This document shows positions 10,250 to 19,351 of a DNA stretch of 64,000 bases, in pieces. This DNA comes from Chthoniobacteraceae bacterium. Its GTDB lineage: Bacteria; Verrucomicrobiota; Verrucomicrobiia; Chthoniobacterales; Chthoniobacteraceae. A program made the position numbers and the translations under genes. Each line of letters begins with the position of its first letter. Positions within the stretch are counted from its first letter, which is position 1. Under the pieces are notes generated by a model. It did no database searches. It worked only from the letters and a program-made list of their open reading frames with translations, and was not told the DNA's origin. The DNA lies in NCBI GenBank assembly GCA_037190965.1, contig JBBCKI010000029.1:96001-160000 (forward strand), in the 5' to 3' direction.

Positions 10250-11605
10250 TTAGACATAAGGCAGTTGGTTTTCAATCGGTTTGCAGGCTTTTAGAGCAGC
10301 TGCGAGAGCTTCGTCTTCGATATCGGGAGTGAAGGGGAGCCGGCCAAGCATATAGGGGACCAGATGCGCCGGGTAGCTGCATGGATCGAGATAGTGTTCT
10401 CGCAGCGGCGCGTAACCCATCAACCCGTTGGTTACAGAGAGCAGAAGAGCAAGTCCGCCTCGCTCTGCCTGGAAGCGCCGCTTGATCCGATGCATCATCT
10501 CAAGCGGCAGCCCCGTGAACGAAATCGGCCCGAGGACGAAGCTTTGAGCGGACAGCATTTCGGCTTGCGGCGGGTCGTGCAATATCTTTTCAAAAGCCTG
10601 CTTATACACCATCGCCATTCGTACCTCGGTCAGGTCGCTGGAAGGAGTGGCCTCTTTCAGAATAGACTCCTGCTCAGCGAGAGTTGCCTTGATCCGCTCT
10701 GCTTGCAATGGCGCCAGCCGACAGGGAGACTCTTCTGCAAAGGCGCGAATGAGGGTGACCTTAAGTGGTTTACCCGTTTGGAGGCCTTCCAGGATGACTC
10801 TGGAGAATCGGCTGCCGAAATCCTCCAGCGCCCGAAGAGTCTCCTGCTCCTGCCCATGCACGAAGTTTGAGTTGATATCCCCCAGCGCCCCCTGCAAAAA
10901 GATCCCCGTTGCTCCCGGGTAATGCTGCTCGGCAAGGTTGGTCGCGATTCCAACGAAGTCGCCGTGAATCTCCCGGTTGCGCTGGCCCGCGACAACAGGA
11001 TGGCAGGAGAAATAGGTGAGAAAACCGCAGGTTCGTCCGTCCCTCTCCACGCGAATGACATGCGCGGTAGTATCTGTCTCTTCGGGAAATTCGGTGATCC
11101 ACTTCCCCGCAAGCACAAGTTCATTGGTACGCGTTGGAGCGGGGATCTCGCGATTATAGCTAAATCCGGAGGCGGCAACTTCCGCGTGAAAGAAGGTCGC
11201 TGAGGACAAATCATCAATCGCGTCCATACATGCCTTGGCGATAGACCGCGGTAGAACTTCCAGGTAGAGAGGATCGGGGGTTCCCCATCCAATCAGTTCG
11301 GGTGCAGTGCACGGAACCGAGTGTGTGTGCGTGGAATGAACCATGATCTCATGTTCCTGCCATCCGGTCGCAGCGCCCACCAGTTGCCGTACTTTGGCGA
11401 CCTGTACCGCTCCCAGGCCCTGAAGGTCACAGCTTACCAACACCCAGCGATCACTGCCATTTCTGACAGCCATCGCCCGCGCATAGAGCGGTTCCATGAG
11501 ACGGGTTGAATGACGATTGAGATACGGGCCATAGCCACCAAGTTCGATGCCAACCCGGGGTGAGATGTCTACTTTCCCGAAACCGGCTTGTACAGAGGGA
11601 TTCAT
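10250..11605 (-). CDS. Neutral/alkaline ceramidase-superfamily amidohydrolase
   Basis: AGFGKVDISP, LYARAM, STHTHS, FSCHPV, FLQGALGDIN. No signal peptide apparent. Confidence 0.8.
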   Translation of the reverse strand: MNPSVQAGFGKVDISPRVGIELGGYGPYLNRHSTRLMEPLYARAMAVRNGSDRWVLVSCDLQGLGAVQVAKVRQLVGAATGWQEHEIMVHSTHTHSVPCTAPELIGWGTPDPLYLEVLPRSIAKACMDAIDDLSSATFFHAEVAASGFSYNREIPAPTRTNELVLAGKWITEFPEETDTTAHVIRVERDGRTCGFLTYFSCHPVVAGQRNREIHGDFVGIATNLAEQHYPGATGIFLQGALGDINSNFVHGQEQETLRALEDFGSRFSRVILEGLQTGKPLKVTLIRAFAEESPCRLAPLQAERIKATLAEQESILKEATPSSDLTEVRMAMVYKQAFEKILHDPPQAEMLSAQSFVLGPISFTGLPLEMMHRIKRRFQAERGGLALLLSVTNGLMGYAPLREHYLDPCSYPAHLVPYMLGRLPFTPDIEDEALAAALKACKPIENQLPYV

Positions 11606-12024
11606 ATTCAGTTTGTGACTTTAGAGATGCAGTCTGTTTGTGCAACTTACGGAAGACGGTGCAACGTTCCAGAGATCCCCCGAGAAGAACTGGGCTTAAC
11701 TGGATGCTGGTGTCGTCAACATGCCAACACAGTCTCATTTTCCGGAGAGATATAAAATGGACGTAGCCGCGAAGTTTTGTAAAAAAGCAGCGATCTCTAT
11801 GATCTCATTGCGCGAAGTGATGACTCAAGCCAACGCGGCGAAGGGTCGATTACACCTTTGCCGTTACACGATCCCGTACCGTGTGTTGAAGAAGATCTTC
11901 AGTCGCTGTCCTTCCGGGAGCGCCATGCCACTATCTGAAGTCATTATCGAGAACTTCTCCAGATGGTGGTAAATAGGTTCCAGCAACGCACCTGGTTAAA
12001 AGCTGGAGCGGTTCCCGAACCACC

Positions 12025-12708
12025 TTAAGGACCGGCCGATTTCATATGGGCTTGCACCTTCTCCAAGGTCAACGTCTCGGGAATTACCTGGATGAATGCC
12101 ATCCGCCCCCGGAAACAATAGTTCGTGGGCTCCCCGTTGGGAGCTGCGCCAATTCGAAGTCTCTTATCGGGAGAGGTAACGATCGATTTGACATCCATCT
12201 CCTGCGTTTGGACCAACTGCCCCCCTAGGTAGAAACTCACCTTGCCATGGTCGAAAACAACGGCCACATGCTGCCACGCATGAGGCCGAAGCAGCGCCTC
12301 ATGCGTTTCAGTCGTCACATACCGGTTTTGTGTCCCGTCTCCGGCTTCGAAGGTCAACTTCCCCCACGCATTCCGAACGCGGAACCCGTTAGGGCTCTCG
12401 TCCCACATATACCCGACAAGATCCTCGGAGGTATCGATTCGATCCGGGTTAAGATAGAAAAGAACCGTAAGCGCACTATGTTCAGCCGCATCAAAAGGAG
12501 CGTCCAGCACCGCGGGCTTGCCCGCGCTGAAAACGAGTTCTTTCTTTTCGCCCAGGTCCCCGTCCTCGACTTCCGGCGCAAAAGGCTGTTCTCCCGGGAG
12601 CGCCCCTCCATTCCATTCAAAGAGCGCCACATCGGCCGGTGCCATCCTGGAGAATGCCAGGCAACCTGCCAGCATAAAGATGAATGCAGTTCTATTCATA
12701 AGCTTCAA
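12025..12708 (-). CDS. Secreted LamG/concanavalin A-like domain protein
   Basis: Signal peptide; WQHVAVVFDHGKVSFYLGG...LRIG...FRGRM is typical of LamG-like domains. Confidence 0.8.
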   Translation of the reverse strand: MKLMNRTAFIFMLAGCLAFSRMAPADVALFEWNGGALPGEQPFAPEVEDGDLGEKKELVFSAGKPAVLDAPFDAAEHSALTVLFYLNPDRIDTSEDLVGYMWDESPNGFRVRNAWGKLTFEAGDGTQNRYVTTETHEALLRPHAWQHVAVVFDHGKVSFYLGGQLVQTQEMDVKSIVTSPDKRLRIGAAPNGEPTNYCFRGRMAFIQVIPETLTLEKVQAHMKSAGP

Positions 12709-15577
12709 TTTCGATCAATTTAAGTTTCCCCGGTTTTCTCAACACAAGCCGGATGGAGTCGGCCTTACCTTCATCAAAAGTGAACTCCAGAGGAGTGGGG
12801 GAGAGCTTTGTTTCGGGAATGGAAGCAATCACCTTCGCGATTCCCTTGGAGACAACCTGCAGGTCCGCCTCCGGCAGGGCTGCGCCCGTGAGCCGGATTT
12901 TCCGAAGGTGCCGCGCCGATGCCAGTTTGATTTCGACTCCCGCCCCTTCCGGAACCTCGTTCCCGGCGACGAAGCCCCTTGCCCTCATGTCTTTGAATCC
13001 GTCGATCATCATCGCCAAAGATGGGTAGCATCTTTCCCGATAACCAAAGCCCACCGCAGTTGCTCCCGATTTTAAGTGCGCGACATTGCGAGGATCGAAC
13101 GACTCATCCTGCATCCGCTTTTCCTCTGCCTCCACCCGGAGCCAATCCAGCGCATCGGAGAGCGGAACCTCCGGGCTGGCGAGCACCATCGCCTCATGCG
13201 GTTTCAGTTTTACCTCAAGGCCTCCTTTAACAACTTCTCCGGTGCCTACAACACGCCATTCTTTCACAGTCGCGGCTTCCTCGTCCTGAATGCGCGCGGT
13301 TACCGGCGCGAATTCCGTGTTGGCGATCCAAAGGATTTTCCGTTCTCCGAGCGAACTGATCGCCGCCTCCACCGCGGCGTCCCCCGTGGAAGCGATCAGG
13401 CGAGGCCTGGCAACCGTGAAATATTCGCTCAGAGCCGAGAACTCATCGGAGAGATACTTCAGACTCGCCGCAACCCCCGGTTCATCCCAAACCATGTAAC
13501 TCGGGTACCAGGTTATCCCCGTGGCTCCATGCAGGATTCCGAGAACCATCTGCGCTCTCATCTCCCGGGCCGTCGGCGCCCGGTGCCCCTCAAGATGGTA
13601 GGCACTGTAACTGAAGGCCTGGGGCGTCAGCCATCGCGCCTTGAACGGTTCCGCCCCAATGGGAACCTGTTCGAGAAACTGGCCGATCGTCGCCTGGGAT
13701 TTTCCGGAACCCTTCCCGGCAAGATAGGTCGGATAAGCATCCGGCATCATAATATCGGCGGCAACCCCATAGATCTTCATTCCGTTGATGGAATCGTTCA
13801 GGAGATAGACTGGCTTATGAGGATCTTCTTCCTTGAGAATTTCATAGGCCTCCTTCATCCGGCTCAGCGGGTAGCCCCGGGCATCCGGTTCGTCCACCTG
13901 GTAATAGCCTAGTACATTGGGATTCCCCCTCATGGCCGCCGCAAGATCGCGAAGCTCCTTCCTTTCCTGCTCGGTCAAAGGCGCTTCCTTGGTTTCCGCC
14001 ATTTGGCCGGAGCCAACGGCAGTCCATATATAGACAATGCCGCGAAGCTGATTCTTTTCGAGGATCTGCAAGGTGGCACGGGTGGTCTCAAAGGGAGGCA
14101 CCGCCCAGATCGGCACCAGCGTGTTCATCGCAATGCCCGGAATGGTTTCATTGGGAAGAAACTCGCTAAGCCCGAAACAAAAGCCGAAAGCGGCAAATGG
14201 CTTTCCATTCCTCCTCACTACGCCATTCTTGTCGATCCACATTTCACCCTCCTGCGACGGGAGCTTTGCAATCTCGCGCTCCACAACGAAGGGCTCGTCA
14301 TTGCATCGGCCGCTCACGCGAAGCCGGTAGGTGCCCGCCGGAAGATGGCCGATATCAGGGACCGTGATCTTCCACCTCCCGCTCTCGGCCTCTGTGGCCG
14401 CTCCCTCCACCGGGGGGCGATCACTTCCTGTCGCGGACGTCAGAATTGCTTTCACCTCGCCGATTTTTAGTTCGGGGTCCAGCAATCGAAGAACGCCTTC
14501 AATGGACTTATCCTCCTGCGACTCAAAGATCGCCGATCGATAGCCCGGGTTGAGTAGCGTCAGATGGTATCCCTCATACTTGAGGTTCATCGGAAGCGTC
14601 GAGCGCCACAGCACGGTTTCGCCGCTCTTGCCGGATGCCGCTACCTCGAAGGAGACCGGATCAACCGTCTTCCCGTCATGCTCCATCGGGAGCGCCAACT
14701 CGATCGACTGGATCTGGTCGCGATCAATGCTCAGGACCGTTTCGACTTTGCCCTGCGCGCCTTTCATCTTGAGCGTCACCACGCGGAATTTTTTCGTGAG
14801 GTTAGCCAATGAGAGTTTGACGACGGCCTTGAGTTGTCCGCCGGACTTGACCACCGCAGATTCTTTCAGACGCAGATCCCACGAAAAAATCGCAAGATCA
14901 GGGTGCGATAAAGTGAACCCGGCAAAGTCCGAGGCAACACCGAAGCCCGCGCCTGCGCTCGGAGGCCAGCATGCCAGCTCGGCATGATGATGGCAGTTCC
15001 GGGCAACCTGAACCTTGATTTCACTTTCGTTCGACGGGAGCTGCAGGTCGGAAAAGGGGACCGCAAGAATTCCCCTCCAGCCGTTCTTCACGGTTTGGGT
15101 AAATGTTCGGGCGTCCGCATTCCAACCCACATACTTGCTGATTCCCCCTTGGTTGATTGCCTGGTCGAAGACGGTCCCCAAACGATTGACGATGAAATGA
15201 GAATAGCGGGTGGGGTCGAGCGCCGGCCCCACGAAGAACTCCACAGTATCGTCCTCCCATACCGGGCCGTCCCTTTCCGTCACCTTTGCCTGCCTGCATT
15301 CATCGCCGCCTTGGACCCGGAAGGCTAGATAGAGCCGCTCCTTGTCAGCAAGAATGCGGAATCGGGTTTGATGTGCCGCTTCGCCCTTAGTGGTCAGGCG
15401 AGTGAATCCCGTTTGCCATGTCCCCTCGTTCCAGAAGCTCTCCGGGAGGCGCAAATCGGAGGGGATACGGGTTGTGATCTCAACAGCGGGTTGCATACCG
15501 GCGCGAGCACTTGGGGTACCCAGGTTCAAGGCTGCGGCGGCGATCAACAAAAAGCCAATACGGGCAATAGTCTGCAT
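12692..15577 (-). CDS. Large secreted protein: CBM9-like N-domain, glycoside-hydrolase-like TIM barrel, C-terminal beta-sandwich
   Basis: Signal peptide; DKERLYLAF...RDGPVWEDDTVEFF...VPFSDL (CBM9-like); GYYQVDEPD and ADIMMPDAYP (clan GH-A-like). Confidence 0.7.
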   Translation of the reverse strand: MQTIARIGFLLIAAAALNLGTPSARAGMQPAVEITTRIPSDLRLPESFWNEGTWQTGFTRLTTKGEAAHQTRFRILADKERLYLAFRVQGGDECRQAKVTERDGPVWEDDTVEFFVGPALDPTRYSHFIVNRLGTVFDQAINQGGISKYVGWNADARTFTQTVKNGWRGILAVPFSDLQLPSNESEIKVQVARNCHHHAELACWPPSAGAGFGVASDFAGFTLSHPDLAIFSWDLRLKESAVVKSGGQLKAVVKLSLANLTKKFRVVTLKMKGAQGKVETVLSIDRDQIQSIELALPMEHDGKTVDPVSFEVAASGKSGETVLWRSTLPMNLKYEGYHLTLLNPGYRSAIFESQEDKSIEGVLRLLDPELKIGEVKAILTSATGSDRPPVEGAATEAESGRWKITVPDIGHLPAGTYRLRVSGRCNDEPFVVEREIAKLPSQEGEMWIDKNGVVRRNGKPFAAFGFCFGLSEFLPNETIPGIAMNTLVPIWAVPPFETTRATLQILEKNQLRGIVYIWTAVGSGQMAETKEAPLTEQERKELRDLAAAMRGNPNVLGYYQVDEPDARGYPLSRMKEAYEILKEEDPHKPVYLLNDSINGMKIYGVAADIMMPDAYPTYLAGKGSGKSQATIGQFLEQVPIGAEPFKARWLTPQAFSYSAYHLEGHRAPTAREMRAQMVLGILHGATGITWYPSYMVWDEPGVAASLKYLSDEFSALSEYFTVARPRLIASTGDAAVEAAISSLGERKILWIANTEFAPVTARIQDEEAATVKEWRVVGTGEVVKGGLEVKLKPHEAMVLASPEVPLSDALDWLRVEAEEKRMQDESFDPRNVAHLKSGATAVGFGYRERCYPSLAMMIDGFKDMRARGFVAGNEVPEGAGVEIKLASARHLRKIRLTGAALPEADLQVVSKGIAKVIASIPETKLSPTPLEFTFDEGKADSIRLVLRKPGKLKLIEIEAYE

Positions 15578-15616
15578 GGGGGTAATGCTTTAGCAAGAGT
15601 GCGGGGGAAGGGGGGG

Positions 15617-16795
15617 CTAAGCCGGTTTCAGGCCCAGGAGTTCGTTCTCGGCAGGAAGAGTTGTCTTGCCACCGGCAATCCCGCACTTGAGAAACCGCCC
15701 CGCGTGGTCAGCGCCTCCGTGAGTCGCGCGCCAGCATAGCATCCGGATGATCTCGCTCCCCATTTCGCAGAACGGCTGGAGCATCAAGGTAAAACCCGGT
15801 TCCTTCCAGGCTGTTTCATCCAAGCCCGTGCCTGCCACAATGCTAACCTCTCGTGGAACGGAAAACCCCGCCGCCCTCAGGACCTGGATTGCACCCAGCC
15901 CGATATAGTCACCCGCGCAGAAGACGGCATCCGGCGGAGTTGTGTGCGTCGCCAGGTACTTCTCCATGCAGGAGATGCCATTCTCGACTTCAGGCCCATC
16001 GGCGATCTCGACGTCAAGACTGCACGAGTCGTCCGCGCCGCCTTCCTGCCAACCATCGGAGAAGCCTGATAGAAGCAGTTGCTGCGAGGCCGCCGCTGAA
16101 GCCGAGAACGGCGATCCCAGCAGAATTACCAGCGCCCTTTTTCGTCCGGTCTTCCTCCATGTATTCCCTAGTCGATGCGTCCACTCATAGTAGTCCGGCG
16201 AAACAAAATTGGTCGTGATGTTGGGGCGGGGCGGGTTGATATCGACGATCAGCTTTTTGTGCCGAAGATAGGTTTCGCGCACCGCATCATTGTAGGGAGA
16301 AGGATAAAGAAAGAGCGCGTCCAGTTCTTTCACCGATGCGATCAGCGTGTTGGCGACTTCCTTACGCCGATCCTTGACCTCGGAGACGATCCTCGCCGGC
16401 TTGAGGAAAACCTCCCGGTCAACCTCCATTGCCTCCCGAACGGCTCCCATATAGATCGACTCCGCCCAGCCAAGCCCCTCTGATTTGCAAAAGTCGAGGA
16501 GGTTGCTGCCGACCTTGAGTGGCTGTTTGGGCACCGAGACAGCTTTCTGAAGAAACGTCCCCTTTCCACGAGTTCCGGCGGTCAGCCCCTTTGCGGCCAG
16601 GTATTTATAGACCGTTCGTACCGAGGACTCTCCGACGCCCAGTTGAGCCGCCAGCGTGCTGATCGGCGGAAGTTGAAATCCTTCCTTGTTTTCATTCTTC
16701 AGGAACTCTTGTTCCAAATGAGCCTGGACTCTGTGAATGCCAGAGGTTTGACGCTGGCTAAGGCCTTCGAAGGATTCGAGAAATAACGTTGACAC
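15617..16795 (-). CDS. GntR-HTH plus LacI-type sensor-domain regulator (AraR-like architecture)
   Basis: LPPISTLAAQLGVGESSVRTVYKYL...RGKGTF (GntR); PDAVFCAGDYIGLG...VPREVSIV...QPFCEMG (LacI sensor). Confidence 0.88.
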   Translation of the reverse strand: MSTLFLESFEGLSQRQTSGIHRVQAHLEQEFLKNENKEGFQLPPISTLAAQLGVGESSVRTVYKYLAAKGLTAGTRGKGTFLQKAVSVPKQPLKVGSNLLDFCKSEGLGWAESIYMGAVREAMEVDREVFLKPARIVSEVKDRRKEVANTLIASVKELDALFLYPSPYNDAVRETYLRHKKLIVDINPPRPNITTNFVSPDYYEWTHRLGNTWRKTGRKRALVILLGSPFSASAAASQQLLLSGFSDGWQEGGADDSCSLDVEIADGPEVENGISCMEKYLATHTTPPDAVFCAGDYIGLGAIQVLRAAGFSVPREVSIVAGTGLDETAWKEPGFTLMLQPFCEMGSEIIRMLCWRATHGGADHAGRFLKCGIAGGKTTLPAENELLGLKPA

Positions 16796-16851
16796 GCGAC
16801 GTAGATTAAATTGATTATGTCGTTAGTCGATAGGAAAATGACATTATTTTT

Positions 16852-17553
16852 ATGCAGTCGCCTTTTGGTCGGACGATGAGTGCTTTAATAAATGCTTCAA
16901 CAAGAGGGCTGGCAATCTTGGCTCCCTGCAAGAGGGGGAAGGGGTTTACCTTATTGGAGCTGCTGGTGGTTGTCGCGATCATTGGGGTGCTGCTTTCCAT
17001 GCTCCTTGGTGGGGTGGCAGCCGCCAGAGTTTCCGCCAATGGAGCCCGATGCACCAGCAATCTTAGAAACCTGGGGGTCGCTTCCCTGCTTTACGCGAAG
17101 GATCATCAGAATAACCTGCCGATCCCGACAAAATGGGCGGCCCCGGATAACGAGGTCTTCTGGTGGGTCATGATTGGGCCCTATCTGTACGATGCGCCGC
17201 CCTTCGTCGTCGACGACACCTTCCGGTGCCCTGCTGGCGAAGGGTTTCACATCTCCGAGAGAGGGCTGCAAGGCAGTGGTTGGAGGCACATCGATTACGC
17301 GCAATTCCTCACCCCATATTACGTCGGCACCGCAAATCTCAGCGCGATCGATGCCGACAAAAGCGCGCTTCTCGTCGATGGCGAAAACTACGAAGGCTAC
17401 CTGGGTATCGAGGCGTACTGCTTTGCCGCCATTGTCAACAAACGCGCCAAGGAGCGTCACCGGGGGAAATCCAACGTTCTTTTCTGCAATGGTCGGGTGG
17501 AGGCGCTGAAGGACCCGACCTGGGAAGATCTCAGGCCCAAAAGTGCGGATTAA
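16852..17553 (+). CDS. Prepilin-type N-terminal cleavage/methylation protein with H-X9-DG-like C-terminus
   Basis: KG|FTLLELLVVVAIIGVL, CTSNLRNLG, C-terminal HRGKSNVLFCNGRVE. Alternative start at 16876. Confidence 0.92.
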   Translation: MQSPFGRTMSALINASTRGLAILAPCKRGKGFTLLELLVVVAIIGVLLSMLLGGVAAARVSANGARCTSNLRNLGVASLLYAKDHQNNLPIPTKWAAPDNEVFWWVMIGPYLYDAPPFVVDDTFRCPAGEGFHISERGLQGSGWRHIDYAQFLTPYYVGTANLSAIDADKSALLVDGENYEGYLGIEAYCFAAIVNKRAKERHRGKSNVLFCNGRVEALKDPTWEDLRPKSAD

Positions 17554-17667
17554 GCATGAAGTTTAATTTTGAATTATGTTGACAGCATATTGTAATCGAC
17601 GTAATTAGGCGATTAATCGGATCAACCCTTGCGGCCCGTTCGGGCGCAGTCCTTCCCACCTCGAACT

Positions 17668-19347
17668 ATGAACACCCCCACAACCTATCCACGTCTCTTG
17701 GTCGGATCTCTCCTCGCGTGTGTATCCCTCCTGAGCCTCCCTTCAGCAAAGGCTGACAATCTCTTTTGGAACGACTCCAGCGATGGTGACTGGAGTGATC
17801 CGGACCGTTGGAATCTGAGCGGCGTTCCCACCATTAATGACGTCGCATTCTTTCAACAGAATGCAACCTACACCGTTTCGTTGAGCGGCGACTCCACCGC
17901 CGGCACCGTTGCTGCCTTTGCGGGAAATGTGACTCTCGAAACCAATGGCTATTCCTTGACGACCGGTGCCATCGTCGTCGCCAATGGAGCCAGTTTCCTT
18001 GCCAAAGGGGGAAGCTTCGAAGATGCCGGTGGCGCCGTAAACTATATCGGCTATGACACGGACAATAATACCTTCACCCTGGATGAGGGTGCCACTTTCG
18101 AGCAAAGTGGGCGCACTTTGCTGGGGCCTTTGGCGGGAGGAAACAGGCTCATTGTGCAGGCGGGCTCTTCCCTCACGACTTCAGGGCAGGTGGCCTTGGG
18201 TTATTCGGGAGGAACCAATAACAGCATTCTCATCACCGGCACCGGCAGTTCTTACAACGCCATTGGGAGCGGGGATATCGACTTCTACATCGGGGGCGTC
18301 GCAGCCGGAGTAAACGGCGACGGGAACTCCGTCAGGGTGGAAGGCGGAGGTGTGCTCAACATCAGCGGGAGCCGTTGGCTGCGGATTGGAAATAATGGCG
18401 AAAGCAGTGGCAACAGCCTGGTCATCACCGGTTCAGGAAGCTCGTTCAACGGCACCGGCACAGGAAACGTCATCGTCGGAGGCGTGGGCGGGGGCAGCGG
18501 TACCGATAATACCTTGATCATTGAGAACGATGCGTCGTTCTCGATCGATGGAGCGGTAGGCATCACCGGGCAAAGCGGCAACTCCATGGTGATCGACGGG
18601 GGAAGCGCAATCATCAAGGGAGGGCTATATAATGACGGGAACGTCACCATTAAAGCCGGAACCGTCAACGTCGCCACTTTGCAGAGTTCCGCCACTGCAA
18701 GCCTCATGCTCGAGGGCGGGGAGCTGCGGGTGACGGGAGATGTCGATGTTCTGGAGGAAACCGCCTTTTCAGTCGGCAACGGAACGGGGGCTGCCGCCCA
18801 GTTGACCCTTAATGCTTCCTCCGGCGTCTTTGCAGGCGGGTTATTGATATCCAGCGATGGGATTTTGGCGGGAACCGGCTCGACCGCGTCGGCAATCAAG
18901 ACCTTCTCTTCCGATAGCCGGATCGCGCCGGGCGATGGGGGGATAGGTACTCTCACCGTCGGTTCCCTGGATCTCACCGAAGGCGCCACCTTTGTCTTCG
19001 ACTTGGGCTTGGGTAATACTTCAGATCTCCTGTTGGCTTCCTTCATCGACGCCACCGGCGTCGGCGAAGGCGGGCTTCTTGTCGACCTCCAGCTTCTGGG
19101 GGAAGCCGGTGAGGGGGTTTATACGTTGATCTCATTTGATTTGGCCACTGGCCTCACGGAGAGTCAGTTCGCGCTGACGCATGGCCTGGCAGGTTACAAC
19201 GCCAGCTTCAGTCTCTCCGGCAATGATCTTCAGCTTACTCTCGTAGGCATCCCTGAGCCCTCGGCCATTCACTTTCTCTTCCTTCTCGGCCTCGGATATG
19301 CCGGGGTGAAGTATGGAGAAAAGCGGAGAAAAGTTGCAGCGGTCTAA
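17668..19347 (+). CDS. PEP-CTERM surface protein with Gly/Asn-rich beta-strand repeats
   Basis: Signal peptide; repeated IG..G.GNSL.I..G units; IAPGDGGIGTLTV; C-terminal IPEPSA, TM helix, then KRRK. Confidence 0.92.
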   Translation: MNTPTTYPRLLVGSLLACVSLLSLPSAKADNLFWNDSSDGDWSDPDRWNLSGVPTINDVAFFQQNATYTVSLSGDSTAGTVAAFAGNVTLETNGYSLTTGAIVVANGASFLAKGGSFEDAGGAVNYIGYDTDNNTFTLDEGATFEQSGRTLLGPLAGGNRLIVQAGSSLTTSGQVALGYSGGTNNSILITGTGSSYNAIGSGDIDFYIGGVAAGVNGDGNSVRVEGGGVLNISGSRWLRIGNNGESSGNSLVITGSGSSFNGTGTGNVIVGGVGGGSGTDNTLIIENDASFSIDGAVGITGQSGNSMVIDGGSAIIKGGLYNDGNVTIKAGTVNVATLQSSATASLMLEGGELRVTGDVDVLEETAFSVGNGTGAAAQLTLNASSGVFAGGLLISSDGILAGTGSTASAIKTFSSDSRIAPGDGGIGTLTVGSLDLTEGATFVFDLGLGNTSDLLLASFIDATGVGEGGLLVDLQLLGEAGEGVYTLISFDLATGLTESQFALTHGLAGYNASFSLSGNDLQLTLVGIPEPSAIHFLFLLGLGYAGVKYGEKRRKVAAV

Positions 19348-19351
19348 GTCG

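Noticed and set aside
11709..11723. Minus-strand CATGTTGACGACA resembling TATGTTGACAGCA at 17575
   Set aside because: The shared core is mostly a -35-like TTGAC, which is too weak to call an operator.
11606..12024. Intergenic gap of about 420 bp with an 83-aa ORF (11721-11972)
   Set aside because: No recognisable domain, RBS or RNA structure; I cannot distinguish it from a decayed remnant or plain intergenic DNA.
17668..19347. Autotransporter or tandem DNA repeat call for the Gly-rich protein
   Set aside because: There is no C-terminal beta-barrel (it ends in PEP-CTERM), and the repeats are degenerate at protein level rather than exact DNA repeats.
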